Assembly: GCA_965223795.1 (NCBI GenBank)
Contig: CBDCXL010000002.1
Coordinates: forward strand, 1,312,001-1,376,000
Reading direction: 5' to 3'
Length of the DNA stretch: 64,000 nt
Source: Nitrospinales bacterium
GTDB lineage: Bacteria > Nitrospinota > Nitrospinia > Nitrospinales > VA-1
The position numbers were made by a program, and so were the translations under genes. Below, piece after piece: positions 1-10,036 of the stretch (positions within the stretch are counted from its first letter, which is position 1; each line of letters begins with the position of its first letter). The notes beneath the pieces are model-generated. The model searched no databases. It was not told the DNA's origin and saw nothing but the letters and a program-made list of their open reading frames with translations.

Positions 1-3000
1 CAGAGTTCCAAATCCCTGCGCGGAACCCGGATCACGGATCTGATCTTCAACGGCAGCGGCTCCCGCAAACCGGTCAACCGGGCTGAAATTTCACTGACTC
101 TGACGAAAGTCCCGGCCGGAATCCGCATCGCCAACGTGCCCAATATTTCGGAAGAGGTGAAGATCACCCGCTGCTACCATCGCTCCGGCGAAAGCGAGTT
201 CTACATCAACCAGGTGCCCTGCCGCCTGAAGGACATCACCGACTTTCTGCTCGACATCGGCATCAGCCCCAAGGTGCTCACGGTCATCGAGCAGGGCCAC
301 ATCCAGGACATCATCACCTCCAAGCCCGAAGAACGCCGCATTCTGATCGAAGAGGCGGCGGGCATCCTCAAATTCAAGCACCGGAGAAACGAGGCCATCC
401 GCAAGCTGGAATCCTCCGGCCAGAACCTGGAACGCATCACCGACATCGTGCAGGAGCTGGGACGGCGGGTGGAGTCGCTCAAGCGCCAGGCCGCCAAGGC
501 GGAGCGTTATAAAAAATACCAGGCGGAGATCAAGGAGCTGTCGCTCAAGCTGTTTTCCAGAAAACACCGGCACTACCAGAGCGAGCTGAAAGACATCGAG
601 GCGCGGTTCACCGAGGAAAACGAGCGCAAAACCCAGAAAGCCGCGCGCGCTTCGACGCTGGAAAACGGCGTCACCGAACTCAATATCGAGATCGACGAAC
701 TCTCCACGGCGCTCAGCGAGAAAAAAGAACGTTCGCACGAGCTGGCCGGGCAGATCAGCAAGCTGGAGCACACGATCGAGCTCAAGCAGTCGCAGATCGC
801 GCAGGCCGAGACGGACATCGAAGCCGCAAGCGAGGAAGTGCGGCGCATGAACGAAGAGACCGCTGGATTTGCCGCAGAGGTGGAGCGGCAGCGGACGGAA
901 CTCACGCAGGTGTCGGGAGAGATCAACGAACAGGAAGACATCCTGAAAGCGCGGTCCGCGGACCTGGAACAGAAAAAAACCGAACTGACGGAAAAGGAGC
1001 AGCGCGTGCGCACGGAAGAAGAACGCATGCGCGCCCTGTACCAGACGATCGCCGCGAAGAACAACGAACTGACGGCACTGGAAACGCGGCGCCAGCACCT
1101 GCAGTCGCTGGAGGAAAAACTGCTCAAGGAACTCACCGAGACCGGAAGCCTGGCGGAGGCCAGCCGGGTTTCCTACACGCAGGCGGAGGAGGAGCAGAAC
1201 GAACGGCAGCGGGAGCTTGCGCAGCTCAAGGAAAAAAAGGAGGTCTGCCAGCAGGAAACCCGGCAGTTCGGCGATAAGCTCAAGAACAAGTCGGACGCGC
1301 TGTCGGCGCTCAAGGAGGACTACCTGACCCAGGCTTCGCTGCTCGCCTCGCTCAAGGAGCTGCGGGAAAAATTCGCCGGTTTCGACGAGGGCATTCAATC
1401 CCTGATGACGGAAAACGGCACGCGACCGTCCGGCATCCGCGAGGTGCTGGTGGACGTGCTCAAGGCTCCCAAGGAGCTGGAACCGGCGCTGGAAGCGGTG
1501 CTCGGCGAGCAGCTGCAGAGCATCATCGTCGATTCCTATTCGGACACCATCGCCGCCATCGACTATCTGAAAAACCGGCAGTCCGGGCGCGGCTCGTTCA
1601 TCCCGCTGCAATCGAAAAGCACCACCGCAGAACCGGTGCACCTCAACGGCAACCCGTCTGTACGCGGGCGCATCCTCGACTTCATCGAGTGCCGCGAGGA
1701 ATACCGGCCGGTGCTCGAACTGCTGCTGGGCAACGTGGTGCTGGTGCGGGATTTCGACACGGCGCTCGCCATGCACCAGAGTCCGGATTTTCACGCTACC
1801 TGCGTGACGGAAAACGGCGAGACGATCGACCCCAGGGGGCTGGTCTCGGGCGGCGCGGTGAACGCCAGCTCCGCCGGGCTTTTGTCGCGCAACCGGGAGA
1901 TCGAAACGCGCTCGCAATCGGTGGAGGATCTCAAGGCGCGGCTGGACGAAGAACAGCGCGAACTGGAAGACATGCAGGCCTCGCTGGGCGGGCTCAAGGA
2001 GCGGCTGCAGCACATCGAATCCTCGGTGCACGAGAGCGAGATCAGCCAGACGCAGTCGCAGAAGGACATCGAGCAGCTGATCAAGGAAATCGAACGGCTG
2101 GAGGCTAGGCTGTACCAGCTGCAGACGGAAAAATCCACCGGCTCGGAAGAGATGCAGGCGCTGACCCGGCAGAACGAAACGCTGAGGCAGGAACTGGAGG
2201 CGGCGGAGACGGAAAAAAATCAGTGCGAGGCGCAGGCCACGGCGCTCAAGGAAGAACTGGAAACGCAAAGACGGGATCTGGAAGAGCAGTCCGGCGCGAT
2301 CAGCGGCATCCAGGTGCGCATTGCGTCTCTGATCGGCAAACGCGAGAACACGCTCACGGAAATCAAGCGGCTCGACCTGCAGCAGGAGAACCTGCGCCAC
2401 CGCATTCAAAAGCGCGAGCAGGACCAGGCGCAGAACAAGCAGAAGATCGAGGAAACCCGCGTCGCGATCGAGGCGCTGGAAAAGGAAATCCTCACCACGG
2501 TGCGCGATAAGGACGCGCTGCAGGAAACCGTGGTGCGGGAAGAGGAAGCGCTGACAGAGAAAGAGGAACAGCTGAGCGGCATGGAGCAGGAAGCGAAACA
2601 GCTGGCGCGCGAGCTGCAGGAGCTGACGGAAAGCCTGTCGAAGATCGAACTGAAACGCTCGGAGACGCGCATCCAGATGGCGCACCTGGAAGAGAAGGCC
2701 TACGACGATTTCAACGCCACGCTCGATGAAATGCAGGCGGCCTTCGACGACACGGTGGACGAGGCCGCCTCCGACGAGCGCGTGCGCGAGCTGAAAGGCA
2801 AGGTCGCCAAGATCGGCGAGGTCAATCTGGCGGCGCTTTCGGATTTCGAAGAGACCAACGAACGCTACCTGTTTCTCAGCAAACAGCAGGAAGACCTTTC
2901 CGAATCCATCGTCACGCTGCACGCCACCATCGAAAAGATCAACCGCACCACGCGCGAACGGTTCATCGAAACGTTCGCAAAGGTGAACGAAAACTTCAAG

Positions 3001-3405
3001 GCCATCTTCGCGCGCCTGTTCCAGGGCGGCAAGGCGGAGCTTTCGCTTTCGGAACCGGACAACCCGCTGGAATCGGGCATCGAGATCACCGCCAACCCGG
3101 TGGGCAAAACCATGCAGAACCTGACGCTGCTTTCCGGCGGCGAAAAATCGATGACCGCCATCGCCCTGATGTTCGCGGTGTTCAAAGTCCGCCCCAGCCC
3201 GTTCTGCCTTCTCGACGAGGTGGACGCGCCGCTGGACGACGCCAACGTGATCCGCTTCCAGGAGATGCTCAAGGAGATGGCGGTGAACACGCAGTTCATC
3301 CTCATCACCCACAACCAGCAGACCATGTCCTTCGCCGATGTCCTGTACGGCATCACGATGGAGGAACAGGGTGTCTCCAAGGCGGTCTCGGTGCGCATCA
3401 ACTGA
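1..3405 (+). CDS. smc: Chromosome segregation protein SMC (5'-truncated by window edge)
   Basis: Frame open from base 1 (QSSKSLRGTRITDLIFNG); long coiled coils, hinge (GRGSFIPL), LSGGE signature, Walker B LLDEVDAPLD. Confidence 0.97.
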   Translation, partial: QSSKSLRGTRITDLIFNGSGSRKPVNRAEISLTLTKVPAGIRIANVPNISEEVKITRCYHRSGESEFYINQVPCRLKDITDFLLDIGISPKVLTVIEQGHIQDIITSKPEERRILIEEAAGILKFKHRRNEAIRKLESSGQNLERITDIVQELGRRVESLKRQAAKAERYKKYQAEIKELSLKLFSRKHRHYQSELKDIEARFTEENERKTQKAARASTLENGVTELNIEIDELSTALSEKKERSHELAGQISKLEHTIELKQSQIAQAETDIEAASEEVRRMNEETAGFAAEVERQRTELTQVSGEINEQEDILKARSADLEQKKTELTEKEQRVRTEEERMRALYQTIAAKNNELTALETRRQHLQSLEEKLLKELTETGSLAEASRVSYTQAEEEQNERQRELAQLKEKKEVCQQETRQFGDKLKNKSDALSALKEDYLTQASLLASLKELREKFAGFDEGIQSLMTENGTRPSGIREVLVDVLKAPKELEPALEAVLGEQLQSIIVDSYSDTIAAIDYLKNRQSGRGSFIPLQSKSTTAEPVHLNGNPSVRGRILDFIECREEYRPVLELLLGNVVLVRDFDTALAMHQSPDFHATCVTENGETIDPRGLVSGGAVNASSAGLLSRNREIETRSQSVEDLKARLDEEQRELEDMQASLGGLKERLQHIESSVHESEISQTQSQKDIEQLIKEIERLEARLYQLQTEKSTGSEEMQALTRQNETLRQELEAAETEKNQCEAQATALKEELETQRRDLEEQSGAISGIQVRIASLIGKRENTLTEIKRLDLQQENLRHRIQKREQDQAQNKQKIEETRVAIEALEKEILTTVRDKDALQETVVREEEALTEKEEQLSGMEQEAKQLARELQELTESLSKIELKRSETRIQMAHLEEKAYDDFNATLDEMQAAFDDTVDEAASDERVRELKGKVAKIGEVNLAALSDFEETNERYLFLSKQQEDLSESIVTLHATIEKINRTTRERFIETFAKVNENFKAIFARLFQGGKAELSLSEPDNPLESGIEITANPVGKTMQNLTLLSGGEKSMTAIALMFAVFKVRPSPFCLLDEVDAPLDDANVIRFQEMLKEMAVNTQFILITHNQQTMSFADVLYGITMEEQGVSKAVSVRIN

Positions 3406-3605
3406 CACCGCCCCTTTCGTAAAGCTCGACCCTTCCTGTTCGTTTCCCGGAAATCCCAAAATAATTAAATTTGTTTATATGCCTTTCTAACAACTTTAAA
3501 GAAATAAACTATGTCTTGGAAAGACCCCGCTCGAACCGGCCCGCCGTTTCTGGCTCCCCGATTTCAGAAATGCTATACTGGGCGCTCCCTCAAACAGAGT
3601 GCCCG

Positions 3606-4958
3606 ATGACGGAAGCCAAGGACATCGACGACAGCCTGGAGTTTCTCCGCTATTTTGAACGCTACACGCAAAACCCCGACCTGGCGGAGCTGGTGCAGCA
3701 GAAATCCAGCATGGATAAAAAATCGCTCGACCTGACCAGCTGCCAGCTCAAGGAAGACGATTTTGAAGCCCTTTCGGGCATGGAGCCGCTGGCGCGGCTG
3801 ACGCGGCTCAGCCTCGATCAGACCGGACTGAATGCGGCCGGGCTCAAGCACCTGGTCGCTTCGCAGCTGTTTTCCAGCCTCACGGCGCTCTCTTTGTTCA
3901 ACAACAACCTGGACGATGAGGGCCTGTTCTACCTCTCCAAATGCGCTCATCTTGCGCGGCTGGAATCGCTCAATCTTTCCGGCAACGAGATCGGCATGCT
4001 GGGCGCCAAGGTGCTGTTCCTGTCGGAGGGGCTTCCGCGCCTGACGGAACTCGATCTTTCCTACAACCGCATCGAGCCTCTGGGCATCAAGGCGCTGGGC
4101 GAATCCGCTCTGGCGGGTCAGCTGACGCATTTGAACCTGCGCGACACCTGCCTGGAAGATGAGGGCCTGCGCCTGATCGCCAAACACGTTGCGCTTCCCA
4201 ATCTCAAAACGCTGGATCTTTCGGACAACGGCATCACCGCCGCGGGCATGGAAGCGCTGAGCCGCGCGCAACCGTTTCCCAACCTGAAACGCGTGACGTT
4301 GAACAACAACCACATCGGCGACGACGGGTTTTACGCGATGGCGGAATCGGAGTTGTTTCAAAGCGTCGAGGAGCTGAGGATCATCAACAATACCCTGACG
4401 ACGGACAGCGCCATCTTGCTGGCGGAATCGAAGACGCTTTCGGGACTCAGGCTGCTGGACATGAACAACAACGACATCCGCGCGGAGGGCGTGCAGGCGC
4501 TTGCGAAGTCGAAGAACATGGAAGGAGTGGCAACGCTGGATCTGGGGGAAAACCGGCTGGATGCGGAGGGCGCCGAAGCGCTGGCGAAAAGCCCTCACTT
4601 CACCGGGCTCAAATCGCTGAGGCTCAACAACAACAATATTTCAGACCGCGGCGCGGCGGCGATCGCGCGCTCGAAAACGCTGGCGGGGCTGGTTTCCTTG
4701 TATCTGGAAAACGAGAACTGGATCCACGCCCAGGGAACCAAGGCGCTGGCGGAATCGAAAACGCTCGCGAACCTGAAGCGGCTGGTGCTGAGCCTCAACA
4801 TGATCGGCGACGAGGGCGCCCGCTACCTCGCCGAATCGAGAGCGCTGTCCGGCCTCACCCATCTCAACGTGGCGGGCAACCGGCTGACGTCCGCAGGCGA
4901 GGACGCGCTGGTCAAATCGACCGTGCTCACCAATATGCAACAGCTGGAAATCGTCTGA
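3606..4958 (+). CDS. Leucine-rich repeat protein (RNI/GALA-like, ~28-aa repeats)
   Basis: Repeated LxxLxLxxNxIxxxGxxxLA units; ATG 3606 chosen over upstream TTG in AT-rich spacer. Confidence 0.9.
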   Translation: MTEAKDIDDSLEFLRYFERYTQNPDLAELVQQKSSMDKKSLDLTSCQLKEDDFEALSGMEPLARLTRLSLDQTGLNAAGLKHLVASQLFSSLTALSLFNNNLDDEGLFYLSKCAHLARLESLNLSGNEIGMLGAKVLFLSEGLPRLTELDLSYNRIEPLGIKALGESALAGQLTHLNLRDTCLEDEGLRLIAKHVALPNLKTLDLSDNGITAAGMEALSRAQPFPNLKRVTLNNNHIGDDGFYAMAESELFQSVEELRIINNTLTTDSAILLAESKTLSGLRLLDMNNNDIRAEGVQALAKSKNMEGVATLDLGENRLDAEGAEALAKSPHFTGLKSLRLNNNNISDRGAAAIARSKTLAGLVSLYLENENWIHAQGTKALAESKTLANLKRLVLSLNMIGDEGARYLAESRALSGLTHLNVAGNRLTSAGEDALVKSTVLTNMQQLEIV

Positions 4959-4996
4959 TCCCGCCGGATCCACCCGGCTGCCGCCCGATCGCCCGT

Positions 4997-7195
4997 TCAG
5001 GGCCGGGCCATGCCCTTTTTCTTTTGCGTCCGCTCGATGTTGGTTTCCACCACCGCGACCTTGTGGGGCAGCTTCGCCTTTTCAAAGATCCTGAGGGCGT
5101 TCCGGTAGTACTCCATGGCCTTGTCGAAATCGCCCCGGTCGTGCCACAAGGAAGCGAGATTGTTCCAGTCGTGCGCCACCACGGGATGATCGGGCCCGAG
5201 CGATTTGAGATTGCTCGCCAGCGCCTTTTCGTAATAGTCCAGGGCGCGCTCTTCCTCGCCCTGCGCCCTCCAGGCGGAACCCAGGTTGTTCCACAGGATG
5301 GCCACGTTGGGGTGGCCCTGGCCGTAGATATTGTTGAAGCTGTCGAGGGCCTTGTCGTAGTAGGCGATGGCTTTTTCCTGATCGCCCTTGCGCCGCCAGG
5401 CGGTCCCCAGGTTGGTCCAGTCGTGGGCGACGTTTTCGTGATTCGGACCGAGCGCCTTCATGTCGGTGAGCAGCGCCTTCTCGTGGTACTGGATGGCCTG
5501 CTCGTAGTCGCCTTTTTTGCGCAGCGCTTCTCCCAGGTGGTTCCAGTCCCGCGCCACCACGGGGTGGTCCTCGCCATAGGTCCTGATGTCGCTCTCCAGC
5601 GCTTTCCGGTGCAGGCGGATGGCCTTGTCATACTCGCCCTTTTTGCGCCACGCTTCGCCGAGGTCGTTCCACCGCTTGGCGATGGCGGGGTGGTTGCCGT
5701 CGAAGATTTTCATCTCGCTGTTTAAGGATTTCTCCCAGTTGGCGACGGCCAGGTCGTATTCACCGTTGTTGTAGTGCGCGGTGCCGAGGTTGTTCCAGAT
5801 GCGCGCGACGAACGGATGCTCGGGACCGATGGTCTTTAAAAAACTGTTCAGGGATTTTTCGTAGTAGGCGATGGCTTTCGGGTTGTTGCCCTGTTTGCGC
5901 CACAGATCGCCGAGGTTGTTCCAGTGCACGGCGACGTTGGGGTGGTCGGAGCCGACGAGCTTGAGATCGCTTTCCAGCGCCCGCTCGAAATAATCCCGGG
6001 CGGTGTCGTAATTGCCCCGGATCAGATGCACGACGCCGGTGTCGTTGAGATACGCGGAGTTGTCCGGATCGAGCTGCACGGCTTTTTCATAAAACAACAG
6101 CGCGTTGCGCTGGTCGAGCGCCAGTTCGTAAATGCGGGCGCGGGTGAACTGGATCAGGGCGGGATCGACCCCATCGGGCTTGCGCTCCTCGGCGGACAGG
6201 GCGGCGTGCGCCTGGTCCAGTGCTCCGCGGTCCACCATGGACAGGACCGGTTCCAGCTGGCTGCCTTTCAGTTCATCGCGCATTCTCAAGATCACTTCCT
6301 CGGTGCGGATGACCTCGGGATCGGCGAAGCGCTCCACTCGCGGATCGCGCGGTTTTTTCAACAACAGATTCTTGACCCAGAGGTAGACGGGATCGGCGGA
6401 CCCGTGCGGCTGCGACAGGTGTGCGTGATTCTTGATGAACGGCTGCGATTCGCGGGCGAACAGCCGCGCGGATTCCTTGCCGACGACGGTGCCCGACGGC
6501 CCGGAGGGGACCAGTTCGTAGCCTGCGTACAGATCGGCGCTGCGTTTGCTCTTGATCGCGAGAAACTGCTCGCGCCATCTCTGATTCAACGGATCGAGGC
6601 GCTCGCGGCTCGCTTCGATGAGTCCGCCGGACGCATTGCGCGGGCAGTGATGCGCCGCCACGTTCTTGTGGCCGCTGCCGAGATTGGGTGTGCCCAAAAG
6701 GACCACTTTATCGAGATACACCCGGCGGTCGAGGTTTTCCGGATGCTGGAGAGTGAATTCGCGGGCGATCAATCCCCCCACGCCCATCGCCACGATCGAC
6801 AGGGACTGGTATTCCTGTTTCGGCAGCAGGTCGTTGATCTCCTGTGCCAGTTTGGCGGCGGTCTGTTCGACGCTGAACCCCGGTCCGCAATCCCCCCGGT
6901 AGGCGAAAGACAGCACGTCGGCGTTGTGGAATTCTTTTTCCTGGGCGAACCGTTCCGGCCAATAGAAAGCCGGCTGGTTTTCCGGGTCGGACCAGGTGTC
7001 GATCGGCCCCCCGTTGAGATCGTGGATGAACACGATCAGCTTGAGCGGGTGCATGTTCTCAAACAGGATGGAATCTTCCGGCAGAACTTGTTTTGCGGGA
7101 AAACTGGTGCAGCTGGCGATGAACATCAGGACGGCGGCTGCCATCAATCGCTGCCGCCACGGCCTTCCGGCCCGGGGTAAGATCGGTTTCCGCAT
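4997..7195 (-). CDS. Putative lipoprotein: degenerate alpha/beta-hydrolase domain plus 42-aa TPR repeats
   Basis: Lipobox-like FIASC; VFIHDLNGG / IVAMGVGGLIAR / LLGTPNLGS; repeats of HPxVAxxWNNLGxxxxxxGxYxKAxxYYEKAL. Confidence 0.85.
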   Translation of the reverse strand: MRKPILPRAGRPWRQRLMAAAVLMFIASCTSFPAKQVLPEDSILFENMHPLKLIVFIHDLNGGPIDTWSDPENQPAFYWPERFAQEKEFHNADVLSFAYRGDCGPGFSVEQTAAKLAQEINDLLPKQEYQSLSIVAMGVGGLIAREFTLQHPENLDRRVYLDKVVLLGTPNLGSGHKNVAAHHCPRNASGGLIEASRERLDPLNQRWREQFLAIKSKRSADLYAGYELVPSGPSGTVVGKESARLFARESQPFIKNHAHLSQPHGSADPVYLWVKNLLLKKPRDPRVERFADPEVIRTEEVILRMRDELKGSQLEPVLSMVDRGALDQAHAALSAEERKPDGVDPALIQFTRARIYELALDQRNALLFYEKAVQLDPDNSAYLNDTGVVHLIRGNYDTARDYFERALESDLKLVGSDHPNVAVHWNNLGDLWRKQGNNPKAIAYYEKSLNSFLKTIGPEHPFVARIWNNLGTAHYNNGEYDLAVANWEKSLNSEMKIFDGNHPAIAKRWNDLGEAWRKKGEYDKAIRLHRKALESDIRTYGEDHPVVARDWNHLGEALRKKGDYEQAIQYHEKALLTDMKALGPNHENVAHDWTNLGTAWRRKGDQEKAIAYYDKALDSFNNIYGQGHPNVAILWNNLGSAWRAQGEEERALDYYEKALASNLKSLGPDHPVVAHDWNNLASLWHDRGDFDKAMEYYRNALRIFEKAKLPHKVAVVETNIERTQKKKGMARP

Positions 7196-7417
7196 GAATT
7201 ACTCCTTAAAATTCAGTTGGAAAGATTTTTTTAGCGATCATATCACAGATCGAAAATTTTTTTAATAAATTGCAGCGCGAAATTTTCACGGCCTGTGTCC
7301 AGGCGGCGCTTTAAAGCCCCTCGTTTCGGCTTGATGATTGAAAAGAAATGCCATTTACAGGCGGGCGCGGAATAAAAATTTTTTCTTCCCTTTGCGGAAC
7401 GCGATCGGAAACAAATT

Positions 7418-8239
7418 TTATGATTTGCCCGGCGGCGGGGGATTTTTTCTGGCGAGCAGGTAGAACGTGTTGTGGGTTTGCAACAGGTGCGTGGCGATCC
7501 ACGCGAAGGCGCCGTAGCGCCGGGCACAGCAGGTTTTCATTTCCAGGATTTCGGCGCCCGCGGCCTCGAGCGTGCAGCGGACGAGAGCCGGGTCGATGCC
7601 GCCGAACCGCCTCTGGTAGTCGGAGAGGCGGTAGTCCTCTTCGAACACGGGAATCTGTTTCCAGCGCATGACCTGCCGATACCACGTTTCATCCATTCGG
7701 GCCAATATCCGGTGCAGCAGGTAGCCCAGGCGGGAGTGAATCTTTTGCCTGAGCGGCTCGAAAAAAATGAGCAGCACGCCTCCCGGATTGAGCCGGTGCA
7801 CGGCCTGTCTGATCACGGGGGTGTGATCGTAGAGATGATGCAGCAGGGCGGAGCAGACGATGGCGTCGTAGGATTCGGCGGTCGTCTGCAAAAAAGTCTC
7901 CACGTCCGCCTGCACCAGCTTGGAGCGTGCCGGATCCGGAACCCGTCTTTTGAGCACTTCCAGCATGTCCGGGGAAAGATCGACGCCGGTCATGCGGAAG
8001 CCGCGCTCCCACAGATCCAGATACAGATAGCCGGTTCCGCAGCCCAGATCGAGCACGCGGGTACCGCGCATGCGGGCGCACAACCGGCGCAGCGCTTTTT
8101 TGCGCACGCGGTCGATGAACCAGTTGGTCTGCTCGGGATGCCGCGCCAGATAAAACGCGCCCTCGCGCGCGTGCACACGGCGGTTTTCCGCGAGGATTTC
8201 TTTTTTAAGGGCGGCGGTGTTTGGAGACAGTGTGTTCAT
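7418..8239 (-). CDS. Class I SAM-dependent methyltransferase
   Basis: VLDLGCGTG motif I, GVDLS, LNPGG; start at MNTLS. Confidence 0.9.
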   Translation of the reverse strand: MNTLSPNTAALKKEILAENRRVHAREGAFYLARHPEQTNWFIDRVRKKALRRLCARMRGTRVLDLGCGTGYLYLDLWERGFRMTGVDLSPDMLEVLKRRVPDPARSKLVQADVETFLQTTAESYDAIVCSALLHHLYDHTPVIRQAVHRLNPGGVLLIFFEPLRQKIHSRLGYLLHRILARMDETWYRQVMRWKQIPVFEEDYRLSDYQRRFGGIDPALVRCTLEAAGAEILEMKTCCARRYGAFAWIATHLLQTHNTFYLLARKNPPPPGKS

Positions 8240-8246
8240 GTTGCGG

Positions 8247-9101
8247 TCACAAGGGTGCGGGCGATTTGCCGGAATAAAAAAAGCGTTTTTCCGTCTCCAC
8301 GGTCTCACACTCGTTGCAGTTTTCGCAAACGGCGGGAAAATCGCCCGAGCGGTGCTGCTCGCGCAGGGATTCGATGCGCCCCCGCCGCCACAGATCGGGA
8401 ATGCGGTCGCTCCAGGCGTTGCCCAGTGTGAGGCTGGCGTTGTAGTCGACGCAGCAGGGGATGACGGTGCCGTCCCACAGCACCACGAGCTTGCCGTAAT
8501 CCTTGCCGAAGGGTTCGGGGCAGGCGTCTTTGCGCGGGCTCTGGATCAGCTTGGGCTGGGTGCGGACGTGATCGACGATGTTCTCCCAGTGGCGGACATA
8601 GGTTTTCACATCCTGCCAGGTGTCCTCCTCCACGGTGAACACGACGCCCATGCTGAGCGCGGGCCGTTCGATCTCTTTTCTGCGCTTGAGTTTTAAAATG
8701 TTCTGTTCGATTTTTTCCAGCGGCACGCCGCGGATGCGCTCGAAGGTTTCCGCCGATCCGTCGATGGAAAAACGGATGATGCTGAGCGGCGATGCCAGGA
8801 TCTTGTCGATCATGCCGCTGGTGAGCAGGGTGCCGTTGGTATTCATGACGATGTGGCGGACGCCGCTGGCGCGGGCGTAGTCCAGCATGCGGAAGATGTC
8901 TTTATTGAGCAGCGGCTCGCCCCAGTTGTGCATGCACAGGTGCTCGAGCCCCGGCGTGTCGTCGATGACTTTTTTGAACAGTTCAAACGACATGAAGCCT
9001 TCGGGCCGGGTCATGCCTTCGGTGACGAAGCAAAACGAGCAGCGCAGGTTGCAGGTGTTGGTCGGCTCGATGATGAGCGAGGTGAGTTTTTGAACGCGCA
9101 T
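8247..9101 (-). CDS. Radical SAM protein with SPASM/twitch-type C-terminus
   Basis: CNLRCSFC, WGEPLL, C-terminal CPEPF..PCC..CENCNEC. Confidence 0.92.
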   Translation of the reverse strand: MRVQKLTSLIIEPTNTCNLRCSFCFVTEGMTRPEGFMSFELFKKVIDDTPGLEHLCMHNWGEPLLNKDIFRMLDYARASGVRHIVMNTNGTLLTSGMIDKILASPLSIIRFSIDGSAETFERIRGVPLEKIEQNILKLKRRKEIERPALSMGVVFTVEEDTWQDVKTYVRHWENIVDHVRTQPKLIQSPRKDACPEPFGKDYGKLVVLWDGTVIPCCVDYNASLTLGNAWSDRIPDLWRRGRIESLREQHRSGDFPAVCENCNECETVETEKRFFYSGKSPAPL

Positions 9102-10036
9102 CAGTCCACGGTCTCCCGCACGACGTAGTCGGGCCGGTTCTGGATCTGAAGGTGGACGCGGCCCAGGTATTCCCCCAGGAATCCGATCGACAGCAGCTGC
9201 ACGCCCGCCAGGAAGGCGAACGCCGCCGACAAAACGATGAACCCTTCGATGAGGATGCCCTGTATCACACGCTGATAGAGAAGAAACAGCATCAGCGCGA
9301 ACCCGGTGCCGGCGCCGAGCAGCCCCAGGTAGGTCACGGCGCGCAGCGGCAGGTTGGAATAGCCGGTGACCATGTCCCAGGTGAGCTGAACGAGGTTGAA
9401 CAGCGAGTACTTGGTATTGCCCTTGAGACGGTCGTGGTGCTCCACTTTGATCTCTGCGGAAGGCAGCCCCATCCAGCTCATGAACACCGCCATGTAGCGC
9501 GAACGGTCGCTGGCGGCGGTCACTTTTTCGACCACGCCTTTGCGCATGGCGCGGAACGAACTCAAGTTGAGGCGGAATTTCTTGCCGAATAGAAGCCGGG
9601 CGATGCCGTGCAGGGCCTTCGATCCCGCGACGCGCAGCAGCCCGTCGCGGCGTTTTTTGGGAACGGTGGTGACCAGCTGCACCTCTCCGGTGAGCGCGGC
9701 GAGCAGTTTCGGGATCTCTTCGGGTGGATGCTGCAAATCGGAGTCGATTTGCACGATGCGCTCGCCGCGGCAGGCGCGAAAACCCGCGAGCACCGCCGCC
9801 TGCTGGCCGAAATTGCGGGTGAAGCGGACCAGCCGGATTGTGCTGTCGCTCTGCTTGTATCGTTTGAGAATGTCGAAGGTGCCGTCGGTGCTGCCGTCGT
9901 CCACGAACACCAATTCATAGCTCACCGCCAGATTGGCGCACACCTTTTTCAGCCGGTCGCACAACTCGGGCAGAATGGGCGCTTCGTTGTAGACGGGAAT
10001 GACGATGGAGACCGCGACCGCATCCTCTTTAGACAT
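9101..10036 (-). CDS. GT2 glycosyltransferase (polyprenyl-phosphate/ArnC-GtrB-like)
   Basis: SIVIPVYNE, DDGSTD, RNFGQQAA, DSDLQHPPE, two C-terminal TM helices. Confidence 0.92.
   Translation of the reverse strand: MSKEDAVAVSIVIPVYNEAPILPELCDRLKKVCANLAVSYELVFVDDGSTDGTFDILKRYKQSDSTIRLVRFTRNFGQQAAVLAGFRACRGERIVQIDSDLQHPPEEIPKLLAALTGEVQLVTTVPKKRRDGLLRVAGSKALHGIARLLFGKKFRLNLSSFRAMRKGVVEKVTAASDRSRYMAVFMSWMGLPSAEIKVEHHDRLKGNTKYSLFNLVQLTWDMVTGYSNLPLRAVTYLGLLGAGTGFALMLFLLYQRVIQGILIEGFIVLSAAFAFLAGVQLLSIGFLGEYLGRVHLQIQNRPDYVVRETVD

Noticed and set aside
91..3459. 1122-aa minus-strand ORF and similar long antisense ORFs (e.g. 33240-35765, 56139-58172, 60270-62330)
   Set aside because: Antisense shadows of real genes, caused by high-GC codon bias; no recognisable motifs
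4955..4996. Possible remnant of the ~100-bp element after the LRR gene
   Set aside because: Only a short GC-rich hairpin and a 12-nt match; could be chance
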